64,000 nt of DNA from the human T2T-CHM13v2.0 reference genome, Homo sapiens. The stretch lies in the NCBI RefSeq assembly GCF_009914755.1, contig NC_060939.1; one strand, given 5' to 3'. The notes beneath the pieces were generated by a model. The model was given only the letters and a program-made list of their open reading frames with translations. It made no database searches and was not told the origin of the DNA. Each line of letters starts with the position of its first letter. Position 1 is the first letter of the stretch. Of this stretch, positions 25,805 to 40,800 are shown one piece after another. A program made the translations under genes and the position numbers.

Positions 25805-28800
25805 ATTCCATTCGAAATCGAATCAATTACATTGCAATCCATTACTATTGAGTCCATTTTATTCCAGTCCACTGCATTCTGGTCCATTCCATTTGATTCC
25901 ATTCCATTCTATTCCATTCCATACAGTTGCATTCCATTGGATTCCATTCTATATCTATAAATTCAATTCGAGACCATTGCTTTTGAGTCCATTCTATATG
26001 ATTCCATTCCATTCAAGTCCATTACATTTGGTTCAATTCCATTCCATTCCATTCCCTTCCATTCCATTCCAGTTGATATCAATCCATTCGATTCCATTCC
26101 ATTCGAGCACATTCCATTCGAGTCCATTCCATTCGATGCCATTCCATTTGATTCTATTCCATTAGTCTCCATTCAATTCCATTAATCTCCATTCCATTCC
26201 ATTCTACTCCAACTGATTCCATTCCATTCTATTCCTTTCCATTCCATTTCATTCCATTCCATTCCATTTCATTCCATTCCATTCCATTCGTGTCCATTCC
26301 ACTCCAGTCCATTCCATTCGTGTCCATTCCATTCCAGTCCATTCCATTTGTGTCCACTGCATTCCATTCCACTCCATTCCATATTATTCCATTACACTCC
26401 ATTCCATTCTATTACTTTCATTTCCATTCAATTCCATTCCATTTGATTCCATTCCACTCGGTTTCATTCCATTTGAGTCCACTCCATTCCATTCCATTCC
26501 ATTCAGTTCCATTCCATTCTGTTCCATTCCATTCCGTTCCATTACATTCCATTCCATTCGGTACCATTCCATATTGTTCCATTCGATTCCATTCGAATCC
26601 ATTCCATTCCAGTCCATTCCATTCGATTCCATTCCATTCATTTCAATTCCATTCCATTCCATTCCATTACATTCCACTTGATTCCTCTCCATTCCCTTCC
26701 AGTGCATTCCGTTCGATTCCATTCCATTGCATTGCATTCCATTCCATTGGATTGCATTCCATTCGATTCCATTCCATTCGAATCAATTACATAGCAATCC
26801 ATTACATTCGAGTCTATTCTCTTCCGTTCCATTCGATTTCGTTCCAATCCATTCGATTCCATTCCATTCGATTCCATTCCATACTATTGCATTCCATTCG
26901 ATTACATTATATTCGAATAAGTTCCATTCAAGACCATTTCTTTTGAGTCCATTCTATTTGAGTCCATTCCCTTTGATTCCATAACATTTGAGTCCATTCA
27001 ATTCCATTCCTTTCGTTTCCATTCCATTTGATGCCATTCCATTCAATTCTGTTCTACTCGACTCCAATACATTCAATTCCATTCCATCCGATTCCATTAC
27101 ATTCTTTTCATTTCTTATCCATTTCAAGCCATTCCACTCCATTCCATTCCACTCGTTTCCTTTCCATTCGAGTCCATTCCTCTCCAGTCCATTCCGTTCA
27201 ATCCATTCCATTCCAGTCCATTCCATTCGAGTCCGTTCCATTCCAGTCCATTCCATTCGAGTCAATTCCATCCCATTCGATGTCTTTCCATAACGATCCA
27301 TTCCATTCTATTCCTTTCGATTCCATTCCATTCTATTTCATTCCATTCGATTCCCTTCCATTGGACTCCTTTCCATTCGAGTGCATTCCATTCCGTTCCA
27401 TTTCTTTCCGTTCTGTACGATTCCTACCGTTCGATTTCATTTTGTTCCAGTCCATTCTTTCGCGTCCATTCCATTCCATTTCACTCCATTCGATTCCATT
27501 CCACTCGATTCCACTTCGTTCCATTTCATTGCATTCCATTCTATTCAACTCTATTGCCTTCCATTCCATTCCATTCCATGCGATTCCATTCGAAATCGAA
27601 TCAATTACATTGCAATCCATTACTATTGAGTCCGTTTTATTCCAGTCCACTGCATTCTGGTCCATTCCATTTGATTCCATTCCATTCTATTCCATTCCAT
27701 ACAGTTGCATTCCATTGGATTCCATGCTATATCTATAAATTCAATTCGAGACCATTGCTTTTGAGTCCATTCTATATGATTCCATTCCATTCAAGTCCAT
27801 TACATTTGGTTAAATTCCATTCCATTCGGTTCAATTCCATTCCATTCCATTCCCTTCCATTCCATTCCAGTTGATATCAATCCATTCGATTCCATTCCAT
27901 TCGAGCACATTCCATTCGAGTCCATTCCATTCGATGCCATTCCATTTGATTCTATTCCATTAGTCTCCATTCAATTCCATTAATCTCCATTCCATTCCAT
28001 TCTACTCCAACTGATTCCATTCCATTCTATTCCTTTCCATTCCATTTCATTCCATTCCATTCCATTCCATTCCATTCCATTCCATTCGTGTCCATTCCAC
28101 TCCAGTCCATTCCATTCGTATCCATTCCATTCCAGTCCATTCCATTTGTGTCCACTGCATTCCATTCCACTCCATTCCATATTATTCCATTACACTCCAT
28201 TCCATTCTATTACTTTCATTTCCATTCAATTCCATTCCATTTCATTCCATTCCACTCGGTTTCATTCCATTTGAGTCCACTCCATTCCATTCCATTCCAT
28301 TCAGTTCCATTCCATTCTGTTCCATTCCATTCCGTTCCATTACATTCCATTCCATTCGGTACCATTCCATATTGTTCCATTCGATTCCATTCGAATCCAT
28401 TCCATTCCAGTCCATTCCATTCGATTCCATTCCATTCATTTCAATTCCATTCCATTCCATTCCATTACATTCCACTTGATTCCTCTCCATTCCCTTCCAC
28501 TGCATTCCGTTCGATTCCATTCCATTGCATTGCATTCCATTCCATTGGATTGCATTCCATTGGATTGCATTCCATTCGATTCCATTCCATTCGAATCAAT
28601 TACGTAGCAATCCATTACATTCGAGTCTATTCTCTTCCGTTCCATTCGATTTCGTTCCAATCCATTCGATTCCATTCCATTCGATTCCATTCCATACTAT
28701 TGCATTCCATTCGATTACCTTATATTCGAATAAGTTCCATTCAAGACCATTTCTTTTGAGTCCATTCTATTTGAGTCCATTCCCTTTGATTCCATAACAT

Positions 28801-31800
28801 TTGAGTCCATTCAATTCCATTCCTTTCGTTTCCATTCCATTTGATGCCATTCCATTCAATTCTGTTCTACTCGACTCCAATACATTCAATTCCATTCCAT
28901 CCGATTCCATTACATTCTTTTCATTTCTTATCCATTTCAAGCCATTCCACTCCATTCCATTCCACTCGTTTCCTTTCCATTCGAGTCCATTCCTCTCCAG
29001 TCCATTCCGTTCAATCCATTCCATTCCAGTCCATTCCATTCGAGTCCGTTCCATTCCAGTCCATTCCATTCGAGTCAATTCCATTCCATTCGATGTCTTT
29101 CCATAACGATCCATTCCATTCTATTCCTTTCGATTCCATTCCATTCTATTTCATTCCATTCGATTCCCTTCCATTGGACTCCTTTCCATTCGAGTGCATT
29201 CCATTCCGTTCCATTTCTTTCCGTTCTGTACGATTCCTACCGTTCGATTTCATTTTGTTCCAGTCCATTCCTTTCGCGTCCATTCCATTCCATTTCACTC
29301 CATTCGATTCCATTCCACTCGATTACACTTCGTTCCATTTCATTGCATTCCATTCTATTCAACTCTATTGCCTTCCATTCCATTCCATTCGATTACATTC
29401 CATGCGATTCCATTCGAAATCGAATCAATTACATTGCAATCCATTACTATTGAGTCCGTTTTATTCCAGTCCACTGCATTCTGGTCCATTCCATTTGATT
29501 CCATTCCATTCTATTCCATTCCATACAGTTGCATTCCATTGGATTCCATGCTATATCTATAAATTCAATTCGAGACCATTGCTTTTGAGTCCATTCTATA
29601 TGATTCCATTCCATTCAAGTCCATTACATTTGGTTAAATTCCATTCCATTCGGTTCAATTCCATTCCATTCCATTCCCTTCCATTCCATTCCAGTTGATA
29701 TCAATCCATTCGATTCCATTCCATTCGAGCACATTCCATTCGAGTCCATTCCATTCGATGCCATTCCATTTGATTCTATTCCATTAGTCTCCATTCAATT
29801 CCATTAATCTCCATTCCATTCCATTCTACTCCAACTGATTCCATTCCATTCTATTCCATTCCATTCCATTTCATTCCATTCAATTCCATTCCATTCCATT
29901 CCATTCCATTCCATTCCATTCCATTCCATTCGTGTCCATTCCACTCCAGTCCATTCCAATCGTATCCATTCCATTCCAGTCCATTCCATTTGTGTCCACT
30001 GCATTCCATTCCACTCCATTCCATATTATTCCATTACACTCCATTCCATTCTATTACTTTCATTTCCATTCAATTCCATTCCATTTGATTCCATTCAACT
30101 CGGTTTCATTCCATTTGAGTCCACTCCATTCCATTCCATTCCATTCAGTTCCATTCCATTCTGTTCCATTCCATTCCGTTCCATTACATTCCATTCCATT
30201 CGGTACCATTCCATATTGTTCCATTCGATTCCATTCGAATCCATTCCATTCCAGTCCATTCCATTCGATTCCATTCCATTCATTTCAATTCCATTCCATT
30301 CCATTCCATTACATTCCACTTGATTCCTCTCCATTCCCTTCCAGTGCATTCCGTTCGATTCCATTCCATTGCATTGCATTCCATTCCATTGGATTGCATT
30401 CCATTCGATTCCATTCCATTCGAATCAATTACATAGCAATCCATTACATTCGAGTCTATTCTCTTCCGTTCCATTCGATTTCGTTCCAATCCATTCGATT
30501 CCATTCCATTCGATTCCATTCCATACTATTGCATTCCATTCGATTACATTATATTCGAATAAGTTCCATTCAAGACCATTTCTTTTGAGTCCATTCTATT
30601 TGAGTCCATTCCCTTTGATTCCATAACATTTGAGTCCATTCAATTCCATTCCTTTCGTTTCCATTCCATTTGATGCCATTCCATTCAATTCTGTTCTACT
30701 CGACTCCAATACATTCAATTCCATTCCATCCGATTCCATTACATTCTTTTCATTTCTTATCCATTTCAAGCCATTCCACTCCATTCCATTCCACTCGTTT
30801 CCTTTCCATTCGAGTCCATTCCTCTCCAGTCCATTCCGTTCAATCCATTCCATTCCAGTCCATTCCATTCGAGTCCGTTCCATTCCAGTCCATTCCATTC
30901 GAGTCAATTCCATTCCATTCGATGTCTTTCCATAACGATCCATTCCATTCTATTCCTTTCGATTCCATTCCATTCTATTTCATTCCATTCGATTCCCTTC
31001 CATTGGACTCCTTTCCATTCGAGTGCATTCCATTCCGTTCCATTTCTTTCCGTTCTGTACGATTCCTACCGTTCGATTTCATTTTGTTCCAGTCCATTCC
31101 TTTCGCGTCCATTCCATTCCATTTCACTCCATTCGATTCCATTCCCCTCGATTCCACTTCGTTCCATTTCATTGCATTCCATTCTATTCAACTCTATTGC
31201 CTTCCATTCCATTCCATTCGATTACATTCCATGCGATTCCATTCGAAATCGAATCAATTACATTGCAATCCATTACTATTGAGTCCGTTTTATTCCAGTC
31301 CACTGCATTCTGGTCCATTCCATTTGATTCCATTCCATTCTATTCCATTCCATACAGTTGCATTCCATTGGATTCCATGCTATATCTATAAATTCAATTC
31401 GAGACCATTGCTTTTGAGTCCATTCTATATGATTCCATTCCATTCAAGTCCATTACATTTGGTTAAATTCCATTCCATTCCATTCCCTTCCATTCCATTC
31501 CATTTGATATCAATCCATTCGATTCCATTCCATTCGAGCACATTCCATTCGAGTCCATTCCATTCGATGCCATTCCATTTGATTCTATTCCATTAGTCTC
31601 CATTCAATTCCATTAATCTCCATTCCATTCCATTCTACTCCAACTGATTCCATTCCATTCTATTCCTTTCCATTCCATTTCATTCCATTCCATTCCATTC
31701 CATTCGTGTCCATTCCACTCCAGTCCATTCCATTCGTATCCATTCCATTCCAGTCCATTCCATTTGTGTCCACTGCATTCCATTCCACTCCATTCCATAT

Positions 31801-34800
31801 TATTCCATTACACTCCATTCCATTCTATTACTTTCATTTCCATTCAATTCCATTCCATTTGATTCCATTCCACTCGGTTTCATTCCATTTGAGTCCACTC
31901 CATTCCATTCCATTCCATTCAGTTCCATTCCATTCTGTTCCATTCCATTCCGTTCCATTACATTCCATTCCATTCGGTACCATTCCATATTGTTCCATTC
32001 GATTCCATTCGAATCCATTCCATTCCAGTCCATTCCATTCGACTCCATTCCATTCATTTCAATTCCATTCCATTCCATTCCATTCCATTCCATTCCACTT
32101 GATTCCTCTCCATTCCCTTCCACTGCATTCCGTTCGATTCCATTCCATTGCATTGCATTCCATTCCATTGGATTGCATTCCATTCGATTCCATTCCATTC
32201 GAATCAATTACGTAGCAATCCATTACATTCGAGTGTATTCTCTTCCGTTCCATTCGATTTCGTTCCAATCCATTCGATTCCATTCCATTCGATTCCATTC
32301 CATACTATTGCATTCCATTCGATTACATTATATTCGAATAAGTTCCATTCAAGACCATTTCTTTTGAGTCCATTCTATTTGAGTCCATTCCCTTTGATTC
32401 CATAACATTTGAGTCCATTCAATTCCATTCCTTTCGTTTCCATTCCATTTGATGCCATTCCATTCAATTCTGTTCTACTCGACTCCAATACATTCAATTC
32501 CATTCCATCCGATTCCATTACATTCTTTTCATTTCTTATCCATTTCAAGCCATTCCACTCCATTCCATTCCACTCGTTTCCTTTCCATTCGAGTCCATTC
32601 CTCTCCAGTCCATTCTGTTCAATCCATTCCATTCCAGTCCATTCCATTCGAGTCCGTTCCATTCCAGTCCATTCCATTCGAGTCAATTCCATCCCATTCG
32701 ATGTCTTTCCATAACGATCCATTCCATTCTATTCCTTTCGATTCCATTCCATTCTATTTCATTCCATTCGATTCCCTTCTATTGGACTCCTTTCCATTCG
32801 AGTGCATTCCATTCCGTTCCATTTCTTTCCGTTCTGTACGATTCCTACCGTTCGATTTCATTTTCTTCCAGTCCATTCTTTCGCGTCCATTCCATTCCAT
32901 TTCACTCCATTCGATTCCATTCCACTCGATTCCACTTCGTTCCATTTCATTGCATTCCATTCTATTCAACTCTATTGCCTTCCATTCCATTCCATTCGAT
33001 TACATTCCATGCGATTCCATTCGAAATCGAATCAATTACATTGCAATCCATTACTATTGAGTCCGTTTTATTCCAGTCCACTGCATTCTGGTCCATTCCA
33101 TTTGATTCCATTCCATACAGTTGCATTCCATTGGATTCCATGCTATATCTATAAATTCAATTCGAGACCATTGCTTTTGAGTCCATTCTATATGATTCCA
33201 TTCCATTCAAGTCCATTACATTTGGTTAAATTCCATTCCATTCGGTTCAATTCCATTCCATTCCATTCCCTTCCATTCCATTCCAGTTGATATCAATCCA
33301 TTCGATTCCATTCCATTCGAGCACATTCCATTCGATTCCATTCCATTCGATGCCATTCCATTTGATTCTATTCCATTAGTCTCCATTCAATTCCATTAAT
33401 CTCCATTCCATTCCATTCTACTCCAACTGATTCCATTCCATTCTATTCCTTTCCATTCCATTTCATTCCATTCCATTCCATTCCATTTCGTTCCATTCCA
33501 TTCGTGTCCATTCCACTCCAGTCCATTCCATTCGTATCCATTCCATTCCAGTCCATTCCATTTGTGTCCACTGCATTCCATTCCACTCCATTCCATATTA
33601 TTCCATTACACTCCATTCCATTCTATTACTTTCATTTCCATTCAATTCCATTCCATTTGATTCCATTCCACTCTGTTTCATTCCATTTGAGTCCACTCCA
33701 TTCCATGCCATTCCATTCAGTTCCATTCCATTCTGTTCCATTCCATTCCGTTCCATTACATTCCATTCCATTCGGTACCATTCCATATTGTTCCATTCGA
33801 TTCCATTCGAATCCATTCCATTCCAGTCCATTCCATTCGATTCCATTCCATTCATTTCAATTCCATTCCATTCCATTCCATTACATTCCACTTGATTCCT
33901 CTCCATTCCCTTCCACTGCATTCCGTTCGATTCCATTCCATTGCATTGCATTCCATTCCATTGGATTGCATTCCATTCGATTCCATTCCATTCGAATCAA
34001 TTACATAGCAATCCATTACATTCGAGTCTATTCTCTTCCGTTCCATTCGATTTCGTTCCAATCCATTCGATTCCATTCCATTCGATTCCATTCCATACTA
34101 TTGCATTCCATTCGATTACATTATATTCGAATAAGTTCCATTCAAGACCATTTCTTTTGAGTCCATTCTATTTGAGTCCATTCCCTTTGATTCCATAACA
34201 TTTGAGTCCATTCAATTCCATTCCTTTCGTTTCCATTCCATTTGATGCCATTCCATTCAATTCTGTTCTACTCGACTCCAATACACTCAATTCCATTCCA
34301 TCCGATTCCATTACATTCTTTTCATTTCTTATCCATTTCAAGCCATTCCACTCCATTCCATTCCACTCGTTTCCTTTCCATTCGAGTCCATTCCTCTTCC
34401 AGTCCATTCCGTTCAATCCATTCCATTCCAGTCCATTCCATTCGAGTCCGTTCCATTCCAGTCCATTCCATTCGAGTCAATTCCATTCCATTCGATGTCT
34501 TTCCATAACGATCCATTCCATTCTATTCCTTTCGATTCCATTCCATTCTATTTCATTCCATTCGATTCCCTTCCATTGGACTCCTTTCCATTCGAGTGCA
34601 TTCCATTCCGTTCCATTTCTTTCCGTTCTGTACGATTCCTACCGTTCGATTTCATTTTGTTCCAGTCCATTCCTTTCGCGTCCATTCCATTCCATTTCAC
34701 TCCATTCGATTCCATTCCACTCGATTCCACTTCGTTCCATTTCATTGCATTCCATTCTATTCAACTCTATTGCCTTCCATTCCATTCCATTCGATTACAT

Positions 34801-37800
34801 TCCATGCGATTCCATTCGAAATCGAATCAATTACATTGCAAACCATTACTATTGAGTCCGTTTTATTCCAGTCCACTGCATTCTGGTCCATTCCATTTGA
34901 TTCCATTCCATTCTATTCCATTCCATACAGTTGCATTCCATTGGATTCCATGCTATATCTATAAATTCAATTCGAGACCATTGCTTTTGAGTCCATTCTA
35001 TATGATTCCATTCCATTCAAGTCCATTACATTTGGTTAAATTCCATTCCATTCGGTTCAATTCCATTCCATTCCATTCCCTTCCATTCCATTCCAGTTGA
35101 TATCAATCCATTCGATTCCATTCCATTCGAGCACATTCCATTCGAGTCCATTCCATTCGATGCCATTCCATTTGATTCTATTCCATTAGTCTCCATTCAA
35201 TTCCATTAATCTCCATTCCATTCCATTCTACTCCAACTGATTCCATTCCATTCTATTCCTTTCCATTCCATTTCATTCCATTCCATTCCATTCCATTTCG
35301 TTCCATTCCATTCGTGTCCATTCCACTCCAGTCCATTCCATTCGTGTCCATTCCACTCCAGTCCATTCCATTCGTATCCATTCCATTCCAGTCCATTCCA
35401 TTTGTGTCCACTGCATTCCATTCCACTCCATTCCATATTATTCCATTACACTCCATTCCATTCTATTACTTTCATTTCCATTCAATTCCATTCCATTTGA
35501 TTCCATTCCACTCGGTTTCATTCCATTTGAGTCCACTCCATTCCATTCCATTCCATTCAGTTCCATTCGATTCTGTTCCATTCCATTCCGTTCCGTTACA
35601 TTCCATTCCATTCGGTACCATTCCATATTGTTCCATTCGATTCCATTCGAATCCATTCCATTCCAGTCCATTCCATTCGATTCCATTCCATTCATTTCAA
35701 TTCCATTCCATTCCATTCCATTACATTCCACTTGATTCCTCTCCATTCCCCTCCACTGCATTCCGTTCGATTCCATTCCATTGCATTGCATTCCATTCCA
35801 TTGGATTGCATTCCATTCGATTCCATTCCATTCGAATCAATTACATAGCAATCCATTACATTCGAGTCTATTCTCTTCCGTTCCATTCGATTTCGTTCCA
35901 ATCCAATCGATTCCATTCCATTCGATTCCATTCCATACTATTGCATTCCATTCGATTACATTATATTCGAATAAGTTCCATTCAAGACCATTTCTTTTGA
36001 GTCCATTCTATTTGAGTCCATTCCCTTTGATTCCATAACATTGGAGTCCATTCAATTCCATTCCTTTCGTTTCCATTCCATTTGATGCCATTCCATTCAA
36101 TTCTGTTCTACTCGACTCCAATACATTCAATTCCATTCCATCCGATTCCATTACATTCTTTTCATTTCTTATCCATTTCAAGCCATTCCACTCCATTCCA
36201 TTCCACTCGTTTCCTTTCCATTCGAGTCCATTCCTCTCCAGTCCATTCCGTTCAATCCATTCCATTCCAGTCCATTTCATTCGAGTCCGTTCCATTCCAG
36301 TCCATTCCATTCGAGTCAATTCCATCCCATTCGATGTCTTTCCATAACGATCCATTCCATTCTATTCCTTTCGATTCCATTCCATTCTATTTCATTCCAT
36401 TCGATTTCCTTCCATTGGACTCCTTTCCATTCGAGTGCATTCCATTCCGTTCCATTTCTTTCCGTTCTGTACGATTCCTACCGTTCGATTTCATTTTGTT
36501 CCAGTCCATTCCTTTCGCGTCCATTCCATTCCGTTTCACTCCATTCGATTCCATTCCACTCGATTCCACTTCGTTCCATTTCATTGCATTCCATTCTATT
36601 CAACTCTATTGCCTTCCATTCCATTCCATTCGATTACATTCCATGCGATTCCATTCGAAATCGAATCAATTACATTGCAATCCATTACTATTGAGTCCAT
36701 TTTATTCCAGTCCACTGCATTCTGGTCCATTCCATTTGATTCCATTCCATTCTATTCCATTCCATACAGTTGCATTCCATTGGATTCCATTCTATATCTA
36801 TAAATTCAATTCGAGACCATTGCTTTTGAGTCCATTCTATATGATTCCATTCCATTCAAGTCCATTACATTTGGTTCAATTCCATTCCATTCCATTCCCT
36901 TCCATTCCATTCCAGTTGATATCAATCCATTCGATTCCATTCCATTCGAGCACATTCCATTCGAGTCCATTCCATTCGATGCCATTCCATTTGATTCTAT
37001 TCCATTAGTCTCCATTCAATTCCATTAATCTCCATTCCATTCAATTCTACTCCAACTGATTCCATTCCATTCTATTCCTTTCCATTCCATTTCATTCCAT
37101 TCCATTCCATTTCATTCCATTCCATTCCATTCGTGTCCATTCCACTCCAGTCCATTCCATTCGTGTCCATTCCATTCCAGTCCATTCCATTTGTGTCCAC
37201 TGCATTCCATTCCACTCCATTCCATATTATTCCATTACACTCCATTCCATTCTATTACTTTCATTTCCATTCAATTCCATTCCATTTGATTCCATTCCAC
37301 TCGGTTTCATTCCATTTGAGTCCACTCCATTCCATTCCATTCCATTCAGTTCCATTCCATTCTGTTCCATTCCATTCCGTTCCATTACATTCCATTCCAT
37401 TCGGTACCATTCCATATTGTTCCATTCGATTCCATTCGAATCCATTCCATTCCAGTCCATTCCATTCGATTCCATTCCATTCATTTCAATTCCATTCCAT
37501 TCCATTCCATTACATTCCACTTGATTCCTCTCCATTCCCTTCCAGTGCATTCCGTTCGATTCCATTCCATTGCATTGCATTCCATTCCATTGGATTGCAT
37601 TCCATTCGATTCCATTCCATTCGAATCAATTACATAGCAATCCATTACATTCGAGTCTATTCTCTTCCGTTCCATTCGATTTCGTTCCAATCCATTCGAT
37701 TCCATTCCATTCGATTCCATTCCATACTATTGCATTCCATTCGATTACATTATATTCGAATAAGTTCCATTCAAGACCATTTCTTTTGAGTCCATTCTAT

Positions 37801-40800
37801 TTGAGTCCATTCCCTTTGATTCCATAACATTTGAGTCCATTCAATTCCATTCCTTTCGTTTCCATTCCATTTGATGCCATTCCATTCAATTCTGTTCTAC
37901 TCGACTCCAATACATTCAATTCCATTCCATCCGATTCCATTACATTCTTTTCATTTCTTATCCATTTCAAGCCATTCCACTCCATTCCATTCCACTCGTT
38001 TCCTTTCCATTCGAGTCCATTCCTCTCCAGTCCATTCCGTTCAATCCATTCCATTCCAGTCCATTCCATTCGAGTCCGTTCCATTCCAGTCCATTCCATT
38101 CGAGTCAATTCCATTCCATTCGATGTCTTTCCATAACGATCCATTCCATTCTATTCCTTTCGATTCCATTCCATTCTATTTCATTCCATTCGATTCCCTT
38201 CCATTGGACTCCTTTCCATTCGAGTGCATTCCATTCCGTTCCATTTCTTTCCGTTCTGTACGATTCCTACCGTTCGATTTCATTTTGTTCCAGTCCATTC
38301 TTTCGCGTCCATTCCATTCCATTTCACTCCATTCGATTCCATTCCACTCGATTCCACTTCGTTCCATTTCATTGCATTCCATTCTATTCAACTCTATTGC
38401 CTTCCATTCCATTCCATTCCATTACATTCCATGCGATTCCATTCGAAATCGAATCAATTACATTGCAATCCATTACTATTGAGACCGTTTTATTCCAGTC
38501 CACTGCATTCTGGTCCATTCCATTTGATTCCATTCCATTCTATTCCATTCCATACAGTTGCATTCCATTGGATTCCATGCTATATCTATAAATTCAATTC
38601 GAGACCATTGCTTTTGAGTCCATTCTATATGATTCCATTCCATTCAAGTCCATTACATTTGGTTAAATTCCATTCCATTCGGTTCAATTCCATTCCATTC
38701 CATTCCCTTCCATTCCATTCCAGTTGATATCAATCCATTCGATTCCATTCCATTCGAGCACATTCCATTCGAGTCCATTCCATTCGATGCCATTCCATTT
38801 GATTCTATTCCATTAGTCTCCATTCAATTCCATTAATCTCCATTCCATTCCATTCTACTCCAACTGATTCCATTCCATTCTATTCCTTTCCATTCCATTT
38901 CATTCCATTCCATTCCATTCCATTCCATTCGTGTCCATTCCACTCCAGTCCATTCCATTCGTATCCATTCCATTCCAGTCCATTCCATTTGTGTCCACTG
39001 CATTCCATTCCACTCCATTCCATATTATTCCATTACACTCCATTCCATTCTATTACTTTCATTTCCATTCAATTCCATTCCATTTGATTCCATTCCACTC
39101 GGTTTCATTCCATTTGAGTCCACTCCATTCCATTCCATTCCATTCAGTTCCATTCCATTCTGTTCCATTCCATTCCGTTCCATTACATTCCATTCCATTC
39201 GGTACCATTCCATATTGTTCCATTCGATTCCATTCGAATCCATTCCATTCCAGTCCATTCCATTCGATTCCATTCCATTCATTTCAATTCCATTCCATTC
39301 CATTCCATTACATTCCACTTGATTCCTCTCCATTCCCTTCCACTGCATTCCGTTCGATTCCATTCCATTGCATTGCATTCCATTCTATTGGATTGCATTC
39401 CATTCGATTCCATTCCATTCGAATCAATTACATAGCAATCCATTACATTCGAGTCTATTCTCTTCCGTTCCATTCGATTTCGTTCCAATCCATTCGATTC
39501 CATTCCATTCGGTTCCATTCCATACTATTGCATTCCATTCGATTACATTATATTCGAATAAGTTCCATTCAAGACCATTTCTTTTGAGTGCATTCTATTT
39601 GAGTCCATTCCCTTTGATTCCATAACATTTGAGTCCATTCAATTCCATTCCTTTCGTTTCCATTCCATTTGATGCCATTCCATTCAATTCTGTTCTACTC
39701 GACTCCAATACATTCAATTCCATTCCATCCGATTCCATTACATTCTTTTCATTTCTTATCCATTTCAAGCCATTCCACTCCATTCCATTCCACTCGTTTC
39801 CTTTCCATTCGAGTCCATTCCTCTCCAGTCCATTCCGTTCAATCCATTCCATTCCAGTCCATTCCATTCGAGTCCGTTCCATTCCAGTCCATTCCATTCG
39901 AGTCAATTCCATTCCATTCGATGTCTTTCCATAACGATCCATTCCATTCTATTCCTTTCGATTCCATTCCATTCTATTTCATTCCATTCGATTCCCTTCC
40001 ATTGGACTCCTTTCCATTCGAGTGCATTCCATTCCGTTCCATTTCTTTCCGTTCTGTACGATTCCTACCGTTCGATTTCATTTTGTTCCAGTCCATTCTT
40101 TCGCGTCCATTCCATTCCATTTCACTCCATTCGATTCCATTCCACTCGATTCCACTTCGTTCCATTTCATTGCATTCCATTCCATTCAACTCTATTGCCT
40201 TCCATTCCATTCCCTTCCATTACATTCCATGCGATTCCATTCGAAATCGAATCAATTACATTGCAATCCATTACTATTGAGTCCGTTTTATTCCAGTCCA
40301 CTGCATTCTGGTCCATTCCATTTGATTCCATTCCATTCTATTCCATTCCATACAGTTGCATTCCATTGGATTCCATGCTATATCTATAAATTCAATTCGA
40401 GACCATTGCTTTTGAGTCCATTCTATATGATTCCATTCCATTCAAGTCCATTACATTTGGTTAAATTCCATTCCATTCGGTTCAATTCCATTCCATTCCA
40501 TTCCCTTCCATTCCATTCCAGTTGATATCAATCCATTCGATTCCATTCCATTCGAGCACATTCCATTCGAGTCCATTCCATTCGATGCCATTCCATTTGA
40601 TTCTATTCCATTAGTCTCCATTCAATTCCATTAATCTCCATTCCATTCCATTCTACTCCAACTGATTCCATTCCATTCTATTCCTTTCCATTCCATTTCA
40701 TTCCATTCAATTCCATTCCATTCCATTCCATTCCATTCCATTCCATTCCATTCGTGTCCATTCCACTCCAGTCCATTCCATTCGTATCCATTCCATTCCA

